Assembly: GCA_051362555.1 (NCBI GenBank)
Contig: CM120640.1
Location: 26,522,225-26,586,224 of the forward strand
DNA from: Lingula anatina
Lineage: Eukaryota; Animalia; Brachiopoda
Reading direction: 5' to 3'
Length of the DNA stretch: 64,000 nucleotides
Shown: positions 28,201-44,700 of the stretch, one piece after another
How positions within the stretch are numbered: the stretch's first letter is position 1
Layout: each line of letters starts with the position of its first letter
Made by a program: the position numbers and the translations under genes
The notes under the pieces: generated by a model
Database searches by the model: none
Told to the model about the DNA's origin: nothing
The model's input: the letters and a program-made list of their open reading frames with translations, nothing else

Positions 28201-28387
28201 GATATCTTACAGTAGGATTATTATTTTTTTATTGCAGACATCTTTCATCTCTTTTTATCTTCACTTTCTTGCAGATCCAAAATGTAAGGATGAATATTCT
28301 AACTGCCGTATTGTGGTTCAAGCAAGACTGTGTTCATACCAATACTATCATAAAGCATGTTGCAAGTCATGTAAAGTGCATAACTAA
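6346..28387 (+). CDS. THSD4: Thrombospondin type-1 domain-containing protein 4 / ADAMTS-like 6-like protein, 5'-partial (earlier exons lie left of the window), ~730 aa in window
   Basis: Hand-spliced exons, all AG/GT bounded and phase-consistent: 6346-6550, 11329-11507, 19696-19871, 20848-21371, 22425-22554, 23256-23463, 25987-26160, 26540-26698, 27320-27496, 27794-27941, 28275-28387 (TAA). The translation shows the ADAMTS Cys-rich end ([27 protein letters not shown]), a spacer (IPKGACNINITE...NYLALR...NGNWAIDWSG...GPINETL), six TSP1 repeats (e.g. WRISGFTECSHTCGGG, WNTTEWSECTTTCGLG) and a C-terminal PLAC domain (CKDEYSNCRIVVQARLCSYQYYHKACCKSC). Six TSRs plus PLAC and the VVQARLC motif are characteristic of the THSD4/ADAMTSL4 subgroup. 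Confidence 0.9.
7279..7340. repeat. (AT)n microsatellite, ~31 units
   Basis: Uninterrupted AT dinucleotide run. Confidence 0.97.
7515..7770. mobile_element. Palindromic MITE (PIF/Harbinger-like termini)
   Basis: Long imperfect inverted arms AGGGCCTGTTCACAATGAAT...ACCTAGCTACTGT and ACAGTAGCTAGGT...ATTTATTGTGAACGAGCCCT. Flanks are TAA and TAT (imperfect 3-bp TSD). Confidence 0.65.
13309..15528. mobile_element. Non-autonomous DNA transposon (~2.2 kb), Tc1/mariner-type TA target duplication
   Basis: Perfect 24-bp TIR CGGTAAAGTCTTGAAAATTTCGTC (13309-13332; reverse complement 15505-15528), flanked by TA on both sides. Subterminal repeats of (C/T)TTGAAAATTTCGTC and CpG-rich internal tandem units containing GGAGATCGTTCGCGAT. 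No transposase ORF. Confidence 0.85.
16257..16287. repeat. (CA)n microsatellite preceded by an alternating purine-pyrimidine tract
   Basis: About 15 CA units after gtgtgtgcacgtatgcatgcatgcacgt. Confidence 0.85.
17330..17365 (+). mobile_element. 3' terminus of a second, related HINE-like element
   Basis: TGTCTGTCCATTTGACAGCTTTGCTGCCTTTT is nearly identical to the 3' end of the element at 47192-47221. I could not delimit its 5' end. Confidence 0.55.
23517..23707. mobile_element. Palindromic MITE with nested inner hairpin
   Basis: ~50-bp inverted arms AGAGCATTCACATCGAGAGGAGCCGAGGTCTAGCA... and ...TGCTAGACCTCGGCTCTTCTTGATGTGAATGCTCT; inner inverted repeat AATCCTTTAATGGTCTCTCA / TGAGAGACCGTTAAAGGATT; CAATA on both flanks. 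Confidence 0.75.
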
Positions 28388-30220
28388 AACCCTGCTGTTT
28401 GCAAGACATGATAGAAAGAAAGTATTACCAACATAATATTCATAGGTGCCATGTACATGACATAAGCACAAGCCTTTGGATTTTCATGATGATTTTCACA
28501 ACGCTTTTCACAATCATGCCATTATTGTGGAAACCAGGACTTCTTATTATCCACTGTCACCTTAACGTCACCTGAGGAGCACCCATATTAAACTTAATGC
28601 AGGACTTAAAAAGATTGTTTACAATTAATATACATAATGCAACTGCAACAGGAGGTATAGGTGGCTGGCAGACTAAGAAATGGCCATTTTATATATGTCC
28701 ATCATGTGACAGTAGAAAAAAGGGATTATTTAACAAAACCACTTGAATATGACATGAGATAATTTCGTTTTTCAGGTTCACAAGTGACCTTATCTTGTGT
28801 TGACACACACAAAAAAGTTTTATTTGTATTGAAGAACAGAATCGTTTAACTGGTTAATGCCAATGTCACAGGCATCCATATTCCTTGTCAGGCTCTTGGG
28901 GGTTTGGTTCTTCCTCAGTTCTGAACAGATTTCCAGGGTACATTTCTTCCATTTTTCTATTTATTGTGAGCTTCAACATGCACATCATGTTTTTACAAAT
29001 TGAATTAAAGCTTTGCATTATGTCTTACTTAATGCTATATGCATCAATGTAAACTGTGATTTACATCTTGCAATGGATGTATGCTGAGTGAGAGGGTTTT
29101 TTTTATGAATACAGACAAAATTAAATGACACAGTTGCTTTACAGGAAGTAAAGAAAGTGAATAACATATTTATTTATATAATTTGGTCAAGAAAAAAAAA
29201 TATGAAGTAATGATCATTTGTGACCTCAAGATTATTTTAGTGATTAAAGTTTGTATTGAAACATTGACGTGAGGCATTTTGGTGCTAAAAGTCTGTACAA
29301 AGTTGATTTTTTTTTCGAATGAAGTTGTGATAGACAAGCATGAATTAACACAATGTATCTTGCTTCTAGAACAAATGGCTGGGAGAATCTCTGCCTGCAT
29401 ATCTTGAAAATTATTTATCGTAATAGTTTGGTTGTTTAAGTATCTTATAATTTTTTCAATGTTGGAAATGGATTATTTTTAATGTCTACATCTTCACTGG
29501 CCATTGTAGAGCTTAATAGCTCTTAACAACTATTTCACAATCTATCAACACACTTTCATACAAAAACAAACTTGACTGATTTCATCATATTTGTTTTCAT
29601 CATACACATTAATCATCTTTGTCTTGCAACCATTTTGTTATTGTTAAAAGCTATATTTCTGTTGTATTATTTAGAGTTAGGTTCATACTTGTTAGGAACA
29701 CTGCCAGTATTTTATTGCCAATATTGAATTTAATGTCTGCATGACATTTGCACACGAAGGGTTTTAGGGCAATATGCCTTTTTGCTAGTACATTTTATAT
29801 AAAGATTAGCTTCCATGTAGTTTTTGGATAACCTGGTTGAATGGCTGTGATTTTATACCACTGATTAGGGCTTTATCGAAGTTTATTTATGTCTTGATCA
29901 GTAAAAAAATTAAATTTACATTTTGAATGATTTTGTCAATAACTTTGTTAATATCAAGACATACGGCGTGAGCCTGTTTGGTTCAAACAGTTATACTGAG
30001 GAAATTCCACTGGTTTTTGATGACAGAACTTTGATTTATATATGCATTTTACTCACATTTAAAACAAGTTGTATAGGAAACCATTAGAACCAGTTATTTT
30101 AAACTATTCAGTTTAACATATTAGAGCTTCAGGTCAACATTTCATGCCATATCTTTCAATGTTTGTTTTTTGTACATTATGTTAATACCATGAAACTGTA
30201 TTTAGTTGAACTTCATTTAT

Positions 30221-30226
30221 AATAAA
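30221..30226 (+). terminator. Candidate polyadenylation signal for the THSD4-like gene
   Basis: AATAAA ~1.8 kb after the stop codon, followed by T/GT-rich sequence. Not confirmable without transcripts. Confidence 0.35.
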
Positions 30227-31023
30227 ACAAATTTAATCACATTTTGTAGTTTTGACTTATTGCTTAAATATTCTGTAATTTGTCATTTGGATTTGACAGT
30301 CACAGTTAAATATCTTTATAAACAATTTTGTCAAGATTAACTTCATATTAAACAACTACAAATGTATGTAAATAGTTCTCATCTACTTTTTTCGAGGAAA
30401 AAAAAACATGACATTAATCAAATTAGTCTTGGAAAATCTCAGTTCACTTTTGAATTATTTCACTTTTTTTTATATCCACAAGTTGTTTATGTGAAAATAA
30501 GTAAGTTAAACAACCAGTTATATCTATAGTTTTTTTTCACCAGTGGAGAAAAACATGCATAATTTTTAAAGTTTGTTTAATAGTTCTATAAATGCTTTTC
30601 CAGTCATAGACATACATTGATACAATCAAAATAATTCCATTTTCTTCATTATCTCTTCCCTTCCTTTTGTTCAGTTCATTCTGGGTGACTTTTTGTTATA
30701 AACCATGTACCATTTATGTTATAGAAAAGTCCTTGGCTCACTGTAATATATACACAGTTACAGCACAGCATCTTCACAATTTACAGTCACAAACTCCAGT
30801 GCAGAGATTTGTCTCTCTCCTCCACTTCATTAATCTTCTTCAACTGGATTCAATACCATCTATTTCAACTACAAAAGAAATAAAAAAAATTTCTTTTTAA
30901 TACATTCATAGACACAGCTATGTTTACAGAGTGAAATAATTGCTTTTTGAGTAAAAAGTAGGTCAAGGTGCAAAGATGTCGAGTGATATATGATATAAAA
31001 CATTGTATTTAGTTTTATTTAGA

Positions 31024-31028
<5 letters not shown>

Positions 31029-31087
<59 letters not shown>
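31029..31087. repeat. (AC)n microsatellite, ~29 units
   Basis: Uninterrupted AC run downstream of the PSMA4 stop codon. Confidence 0.97.
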
Positions 31088-31089
<2 letters not shown>

Positions 31090-31472
31090 CCACACAAAGT
31101 TTAATGTAATGCACTGGAGAAACGATGTGATTGAGATTACTGGGTTCAACATTGGGGTTGACGATTGCTTCAACACAAAGATGTTAAGACTGGAGTGAAT
31201 AGATTATATTGAATATAACCTGAAAAGGTTATATTACAAAAGACAATTACTGTTTATTGTATAATCTTGACCACTGTTCAGTCAAAAACTTCTAACTGAA
31301 AAGGAAGACACATCAAATATGGAGATATCTATCCTTAGCTATAAATTTCCAAGAAAGAGACATTTTGAACAGACAAAGCCAATGCTGCCAGTAAAAATTA
31401 ATACTGCACCGCAACAAAAGCTGACAGACATTGCCAGTTTGATGGATAAAAATTACCTTAATGAAAAAAAAT

Positions 31473-35297
<3,825 letters not shown>

Positions 35298-35792
35298 GTT
35301 GGATATTAGTAGAGCTATGCGTTCATTTATTCAGCAGTCACAGTTTCGTATTTATTTGTTTCAAACTGGCAGTGTAAAATCCTAACAGAATACATTCAAT
35401 TTCAATAAACAGACATTTATATAAACGTTAGAAGTAATGTGCTTTCTAAAAATGTGATGTTAGCTGATTTACTGAAACCATAAACGCATATGCATTCCAA
35501 GTTTCGGTGATGCAAATTATTCCTTGTCTTTTGAAACACCAATGGCCACATATATTGATGACGTAAAAATTTAAACATCACAACAACATTCAACAAGCAG
35601 GCGAGTAGTTTGGAGTTCTCGCCTTCAGTTTTTGTATCGCAAACTTTAATGTGAAACTATTTTACGTTGACTTTTGCAGAATGGATTAGGTTTGGGGCTG
35701 TTTAGTTTCAAAGAAAGCTAAAAGTTTCAGAGGAATCGAAAGAGTGCAATAATTGATTCCCCAAGTAGGCTTCACATGCAGTGGCAGTGGCG
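35298..35792. promoter_or_regulatory. Probable bidirectional promoter region shared by PSMA4 and the laminin-like gene
   Basis: The two start codons diverge and are only ~495 bp apart. The interval is locally richer in CpG than the gene bodies and contains CCAAT (35539-35543) and a CRE-like TGACGTAA (35559-35566). TSS positions cannot be read from sequence alone. Confidence 0.55.
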
Positions 35793-38700
35793 ATGACCTG
35801 GTTTTGGTTGTCCTTGGTATTTACGACGCTTTGGGCTTCAGGGACAGCTGTGCCCGTCAACGTAGCCCTAAACAAGCCAGTTTCAGCCAACATCACATGT
35901 GGGACCACTGGCATTGAGACCTACTACGGCCACAATCAGATTCTTGTCCAGCCTCGTCTGCGAGTGTCAGGTGAATGTGAAGATGTTAACACTCACCCAG
36001 CTTCAGCCATGGTGGATGGCGATCCCAATACCTGGTGGCAGAGCACCTCAAGGTCCAGGCTTGTGGCCGCACAGTTAGGACTGACCAGCGCTGACCCAGA
36101 GGCTATTATTATTTTGGATTTGGATCAGGTATGCATTCTTGGAAATAACTTATTGTGGAGTTATTTGTTGGTATTGTTTGCTATAGTTATATTGACTATG
36201 AATAATTAAAAACCTGCTTCCAATAATGTAGAAAAGGCTACGCCCAGGTGTATCTTAATCATTAATTATGTATGAAAGTCTGTGAGTAATCATGCTGTTT
36301 ATTTTACATTGCAATTGTCAGTGAACATGCTCCACCATATATGTCAAACTTTAATGTGACATTCAATTGTGTTTAAAAACTTAATTTTACAATATTTGGT
36401 GAAGTTAATTTTTTTACCACTTACTGAACATTCTTGTTGTTAAGGATCTATTCTTTAATCTGTCAACCAATTAACACACCCTTATAACTGTTGTGAATAT
36501 TTAATACAGCCTGTCCAAGGAGGAAGCAATCAGGTCTGGGAAATTACACGAGAGTTAATTACATTGGTTTTTAATTAGTGGAATGCCAAATAAGGAATTG
36601 TTACACTGTGGATTTGTGTGGTGTGATTTTAGACACTTGCCATCTGTTTGTCAGTTATTTTATTATTTTTAAAGTTAAAGAAACTGAAAATATTTTTTAA
36701 AAAGTGAGAATAAGGTTCATTACACCGTGTTTTCCCATCTGTAAAACTTTCTGCCTTTTATCTTTTATGCAAATAAAATTATATTGCCAATTAGACCTGA
36801 TCTCAAATTTCCTAAAATGTTTAATAAGATTAGAACTGGCAAAAATATTTTATGAAAGAAAAACACTTAAAATGGAGGGAAATACTGTGGAATGGAATCA
36901 AGAAGCTGATCACAGATGCATGTAGTACACAAACACAAATATGTGCAATTGTAACTTTTTTGATTGAAGTTGTGAATCAGATATTGGTCATTGGTATGCA
37001 GTGTTGAAAACTTCACACATTTTCTTTTCATAAGAAATATATATATACATATACTGTTTAGCTGCATGTATATAAAATGCAGCTAAACCGTCTAGAGACA
37101 GGTTGTAGGACCTTTTTTATGGTTTTAAAACATAACTATTATATTTACAGGATTGTATATGGTATGAATCATACAATCAACATATGAAATATTCTTTCCA
37201 TTTTGAATGTGCCAAAAGGGAACAGGGTGCAAGGAAATGGAAGAATACTCTTTTTTTTTTCATAACATTAGTAAAAATTTTTGTCTTCTTGTAACCTACA
37301 GGAATTCTCTGTAGAGCAGATCATACTGAGTATGGGAGACTCAAAAAGGCCAGATCGTCTGGCCATTGAGAAATCATTTGATGGAGTAACCTACCAGCCC
37401 TGGGTGTATGTGGTGACCAGTACCTCTGAATGCCAGGATATGTTTGGAGTGTCAGAGAGAAAGCAACCAAGCGACAATGTCATACCCATATGTATAAGAT
37501 ATGAAAGTATCAGGGCTACAACAAATGAAACGGTAATAACACGTACATATTTGTCATATTTTTTACAAAATTATAATTATGATTTTAATTGTCAGATTAA
37601 ATCAAATGTTTGATTATACATATCCATGTTTTGAATCTTCCACAATTGCCAGGGAGTCAAGGCATGTGTATCCTAGGCTTCAGATCCAATTGATGTCAGC
37701 TTCTTTATTATCAAATCTTCATACATGCATAGTTTGGCATTCAACATTTTTTTATCAAAAATTATTGTTCTATTACAAATACGACCTCATGGATAGCACC
37801 AGGTAGACGAGGATAATAGCTATGTCACATGCCTTTTTACGAACTCAGAGGCATACAATTTAGATGGTGCCTTGAGCATTTAAAATTGGCACAGTAAATT
37901 TGAATCAAATGCTGCTGAATGTCAGTCTGTTAAGCAGTGGAGATTTGAAAATAAGGGCACATTTTGTATCTGGTGTTTTAGATAGGCATTTGGAATTTAT
38001 CCTAAAATTTCAAATGTCTGTCCAGTTAGAGATAAATAATTTTAATTGTGTATTTTTTTTTTCAGATGACATTTGATTTTCAAGCATTTCCACTTGCTGT
38101 CAAGGTAAAAACTGTTTACCATTAAGTCCTACAAAGTCTGACAGAACCTCTTCTATCTGAAAATGTACTGTTACATTAAGACAAATGAAATCAATACAGC
38201 TTAGAATCAGACCCAATAACTTAGATGGAAAGGTATGAACCAAAAGGACATTTTTTATCTTAATATGCCTCTTTTTTTTTAAAATTACCACTTTCTACCA
38301 AGCATATTGTCCTTCAGTTTATTTTATCAATTTCTTTTTGCTGATAATATTTCTGAGAACATTTGTTAATTTATATTCAGGACTGGAAGCTTGCCCGCTA
38401 TCTTAAGTTGCAGTTTTATGAAATGGAGTTAACATTGGGGGCAACAGGGGATAACTGGGTGAGCATATGCATACTGTTACATAAGATACTGATAAGTCCC
38501 ATTTTACTTTATCTACTGCAGTGCACTCGGTAGGATTTTTCTAAGGGAGTACCGTACCCCTTGCCCAAAAAAAGAAGGGGTAATTTTCAAAATGAAGGGG
38601 TAAAATTAAAAAAATGCTCATCAAGGTGTAATTTTGTGTATTAATAATCATGCAATCACACAGTTCACTTTCATAACAATAACCCACTATCCTTTTATCC

Positions 38701-41700
38701 AAAATCTTTTATTATTTCAATTTAACAAAAAGAAAACAAAAACAAAATGGACAGGTCACGCATAGGTCACGACTAGATACTGTGTTTGTTAGCGCAGCAC
38801 TTCAAGTTCAACTGTTTTCTAAGCTGGCCAAATCTGGGGCTAGCCGGTTGCTGCAAACCACTTTGTTTCCAACTGGCAAATGACTGCCAATAATAAACGA
38901 TCCATTTTGTCTGTGATAATAAATTTTACACTTCAAATTTTCCGGGCAAGTGAACAGCCGAAAGTCACTTGCGTTTCCGGGCAACTACCAGCTAAATTTT
39001 AGTTGCCCGGCTGATAAAACTAGTTGCGAAACGCAACCATCGCAAGTAGGTATGTCGGACTCTGAAATCTATAGTAAATAACTTTGCCTACCTTGCATGA
39101 CAAAACCTTTTAATTGACTGTTGTTTTTTTCCTTTGCTTTTCCTTTTTCTCGTCATTTTGTCATCACTGGTAATCAGCAGAGCTGGAAATTCCCGGTCAC
39201 CCGCTCGTCAAATGCAACTAAAAATTTATTCTGACGACTAAAACTACAAAAGTCACAAGGGTTACTGGCCTAAAGTATTTGGTCTGGGCGAGTGATTTAA
39301 ATTGGTCCTAAACGTATGGTTGCTCAATTAAAATGTTGAACAATTATGTGAATAAAAAAACGATCATTTCATCGTTGTTCATACCTTGTTTATACTAAAG
39401 AGAGGCACACGTGCTTTGACCTAAAACTTGCATATTATGACCAATCAGAGAAGATTACGTCATCCTCTGCGGGTCAGTGAAAGAAGAAGCATGTTTTAGT
39501 CGGGTAATTCAAATATCTTAAGAAAAAAATGAGACACTTGGGAATCAATTATGACATCTTCAACATGAGTCTGACCGTCAACAGTCAACGGACTGGTCAA
39601 CTTCGCCGATCTTCAAAGCCAAAGGTGTGCGTATTCGTACGCGCTGGGGCTCCAGCCAGTGCGTAAAAACAGCAAAACAACGCGTAATTACGCACTCTCA
39701 TACGCTAACGAGTTTACTGTACTGTATCCAGGTATTTACAAAATCTATACTTGGGAGTAACTAGGAAATTAGTATTGATTTTATTGATTTAGCAAGTTGT
39801 CTGAAAGCATTCATGCACACTGATAATTTTGCTAAGGTTTTCTGATAAATTATTCAACACATGTGACAAATCTCTTGATGCGTTGTATTTGTATTCTACT
39901 ATTGTAGAATTGTGGCAGATACATCAATATAACCTGGAAATATATGTAAAATTTAGGATTGATCCATTTATATTTTTATTCTTATATTTGTACTAAAAAG
40001 TCACTTTAATCAACTCAGAGTGATAGTAGGTTGTTATTCAACACTACTTAGGGAAACATCTGTTCATAAATTTCAGTATAAGTAACTCACATTGAGTTTT
40101 GATTTCCTCAAGTCATGGTATTGTTCTTTTATTTTATATAATGCCCATTGCTATTAATGTATGGACACATTTTCCTTGTAGCAACACTACACAGTGCGTG
40201 ACATTGAGGTGATGGCAGAGTGTATATGTAATGGCCATCAGACTGACTGTGCACAGAACAACCTCACTGGCCAGTATTCTTGTGTGTGTGGTGGCAACAC
40301 AGAGGGTCTCTACTGTGAGAGATGTCAGCCTTATTATAACCAGGCAGCCTTCACTTATGGAATACCTTGTGAAAGTAAGAGAGAAATGGACTTGTTTGGA
40401 AAAATGGGATTGGGTTGCTGTGTTCTTGAGTATGTCAATGAATTTTTAATGTGACAGTTCCAGGCACCTAGTTTTCCAATGGTAATTAATTGAATTCAAC
40501 ATTTTATATGCTGCAGGAGATAATATTTCCATATCACACAAAAATGGGTTTAAGTATTTCTGTGACTTTAAAATTGAAATTTACTTGGTCTTCTATAAAT
40601 GTGTATAAAATCAAAATCCTTGAACTCAGCATAAAAAAAGATATCATTTTATCCTAGGCTGCAATTGTTTCAACCACAGTGAAGAGTGCTATTACAATCA
40701 GACAGTGGATGCCAACAACCTGAGTTTCAATAGCAGTGGTATCAGGGCAGGTGGTGGAGTTTGTATTGACTGTCAACACAATACTTCAGGTAACATCTGC
40801 TGTAACTCTGATATTCTAAATAAATTATGATTAATACATCATATGTTACTTGTGTAAATATGCCAAACTGTTGATGACAGGTAAAGTGATGTTTTTTCTG
40901 TTTAGCAGATGTAAAATTGATTTTTCTCATGAAAATTTAATAAGTTTTAATCCTACATACTGTGAGTGTTATATGAACAGTAGATTTCAAGTTATGCAGT
41001 GTATTTTAATGAAGATGTTGCCAAGAAATGAAAAATTATTATAATTATTTATGATATTTTGTGGCAATCCTTAAATATAATGGATATCCATTTTGCTGTG
41101 ATAAAAGAGCAGGTTTTTATCCCAACCTTGATTTCAGGTGTCAACTGTGAGAAATGTGAAGACTATTTTTTCCGTCCGCATGGCCGTCCCCAGACCCATC
41201 CTAATGCTTGTGTCTCCTGTGATTGTCACATGGCAGGGGTGACACTTAACCTGGAGACAGGACTTTTGGGTGACTGTGTCATGAATAATGATTCCATATT
41301 GCCAATTGGAAAGGTGAATAAATAGCTCAGTCAATTTCTAAATCATAAGATCATTTAAAAAATATACATATATTGAAGTGCCTTGTCACTTTTTAAGGAG
41401 AAAAGACTGAGCTAATGATTAACAGAAAATCCCCATGCCTGGACATTTTGAAACACTCAATGGTTCTTGGCACCCAGTTAATATTCATACATGATAAAAA
41501 GAGAACTAATGAAAAGTTGATTATTGAATTATCAGGGTTGAATCCTGAAACAAAAAAATTAACTTCATTGCCATGATGATATATTTCAGGCTCCAGGAGA
41601 CTGCTTCTGCAAATCCAATGTGATAGGTTCCAAGTGTGATCAGTGTGCTGAAGGCTACTTTAACCTGTCCCAAGAAAACCCACAGGGTTGTCAAGGTAAT

Positions 41701-44700
41701 ATTTACATACCAGTAGTGCATGGCTGAATTCAGAAATTGTATGCAAGCTCTAAATCATGCTTTATCCGACACACTGATGTTAAATTTGTGAATTTTTCTT
41801 TGATATTCATTGATAATCAAATAGGTGTTTGAAATTGAATTTTACATGTATAACTTGTAACACTGCTAATTCTGTTAGAGCAGTGCTGCAGTGACCAAAT
41901 TACATTATGATTTATAAAATAATATGCCATGATATTTCCCTCCAGGTTGTCTGTGCCACAGCCCAGGGACTATTGGTGGTTCAGGTATATGTGAACCTGA
42001 TAATAATGGACAATGTCCCTGTAAGGAGTTTACTACAAATCGTATCTGTGACATGTGCATGGATGGATATTATGGACTAGAGAGCAACAACACCCAAGGT
42101 TAGCTTTTTTTTTTAGGCTTTGGCATTAAACCATCTCACCTTTCCATTTTTGTATTGTACTTTAAATACATTTAACTTCATTTGGACTACCATCACATAT
42201 TTGGTTCACTTCCTGCTGACCCAAAAGGCCCAGAACCTCATACTTGAATGTCTTGAAAATATTGTGTTCTGTGTTCTATTGAAAAAAGACCAAGATGCAT
42301 GTCTGAGTTTATATCTTGTCTCTTTATTCTTTGAGTAAAGTATAAACATATAATTTTTCTAATTCTACTCTCCCTCCTCCCTCTGGTGTCAGTGTTCTAA
42401 ATATCCGTCTTAAAACTGTTATTATAATTTCTAGGATTTTCATTATATTTTCAGGATGCAGTCCATGTAACTGTGATGTTGGAGGTTCCACCAGTCCAGT
42501 ATGTAATAAGACCACTGGACAGTGTCCATGCAGGCCTAATGTGGCTGGACTGATGTGTGATAGGTATTTGCATGCTTGTTGTACCTATTTAATTGTATGA
42601 TCACTTACACAAAACCCTTAACCCTTATATTACAATATTTTCACAAAGGTGCTCACTATTTTTCACAGTGATTTAAAAAAAATTCATTCATAGTGACATT
42701 CATATGCAATGGTTATACATCCATGTGTTTTCAACTGTTTCAGACCAGCAGATAATTACTACTATCCATCTGTACACTTCATTAGTGCTGAGTTTGAAAA
42801 TCTTCAAAACAATGCCTGGGACAGAAAGCAGACACCTGATCCTTTCTTTGGATTTGGATATGGAGTTCTTACCCTCACAGTAAGTAAAACAAGTTTGTCA
42901 TGATAAATAGCAAAGTAGCAAAATTACACACACTGCAACCTGACTAGATTCAGTTTTATGACCTGAAGAATTTTAAATGAGAGAAATGTTTTCGTCTTAC
43001 TCTTTGAAGGAATAGTAATGATTTTAATAATTTCTTTGCCTTCTTTAATTGATTGTAATGGTTTATCAGGGGGAGTCCACCACCCAGTTAGACATACCTG
43101 CAATCGACCAGCTCTCTGGTCAGTTTCATGTTGTCCTCAGGTACATGGCCAATGGCAGCATGGATGGCAACCTGACTGTGCTCTCTGGACAAGGTAATAT
43201 TTAACAATCACAAAGTACTTGTATGAAAATTGAGAAAATTTTTGTATTTAGTTCACTTGCATGCTATTGTCAAGCTGGGTGCATTCTAATGGTTTTTGTG
43301 AAATGTATTTCACAATATTGTTAAATTTTTACTTATTAGCTTTTATTTTAAATTTGAATTTTTTATTTCTCTCATAAAATAAATCATCACTAACATATCT
43401 CTTTCAGTCCCACAGTTAAGGCAGATCATCAGCCTCAACTTCTGTCCCACATGGTGTTATATTGCTGTTGGCAATGATGCTGTCATTGACTTGCAGCCTG
43501 GATCCTATACCATCCAGATCCAGGTTCCTTCTCAAACTGGGATTGAAATACTATTGGTAAGGTTATATCTGCTTTGTTGAAGGATATGTCACAGCATTTT
43601 TAGATTTCTATTTATTTATTATTGGTTTTTTTATCGCCAGGAAAATATATTTGATTGATTTCCCTGTATTGTGTAAATGCTATATTATCATGAAGGTTTC
43701 TTTATTAGTTAAATAAGAGCATGCCTGTTTTTTTTCCATCTGACACAACTAACAAACTTTTAAAGAAATTCTTATACTAATATTGGTTCCTGGGATATGC
43801 AGCTGTTCAGAGTAGAACTGCATGAAGTTGGTATTCTTAATTTAAAATTATTTGCATGTTGACTTTCTGATGATGATTTTTTGTGTTGGTTTTATGTTGT
43901 ATTTCAATACTAACCCCAGTTATGCATGTTGGTTAAAGGATCAGGTTATAGCTCTCCCAGTAGAGTTCAGGAATGCTACAGAGGTGCTGGGTGGAGAAGC
44001 CAACACATTTCATTCCACTTGTGATGTTGTGAGTAATCTGGCAAGGTCAGTATCTAGGCTGTAAAAGTGATGGTATGTTTGGTCTCCTCTTAAAGCATCT
44101 TGTTGGCATCCATAGTTTTGTTAGAGGTGATTTAGTTGATTATTAAGTAGAAAGTATGAAGGACACGTGGATTCAAGCTTTGATAAACCTTGTTTAGTCT
44201 TTGATAGTTTCCAAAGAATTATTATTGTCTTGAGTAACAATAAGTGATTAGGATTTGTAGAAAATGTTCTTTGGAATATCTACCTCTACCCTTAATTAAA
44301 CATTTGTTATTAGGTAAAAGAAACATTGCCTCTATTTTTTATCATATGGGCTCAGGTAAAAGAAACATTGCCTCTATTTTTTATCATATGGGCTCAGTAA
44401 ACAGACAAAAAATGTGACAATGGCTTTTAACCACATATCTAATATGCCATTTGTTTTACAGGGACCCTGCTAGGCAAAATTACTGTGATTCCCAAGAGTT
44501 CTCCCTGACCTCATACTACCTGAATGGTGCAGTGCCCTGTAACTGTGACATCCTGGGCAGTAATGGGACCATGTGTCAGCCTAAAGGTGGTCAGTGTACA
44601 TGCAAACCAGGAGTGACTGGACAAAGGTGTGACCAGTGCATGGTAGAGTTCTACAGCCTGACTTCAGCAGGATGTGCAGGTAATCACAAGTTAAATTAGA

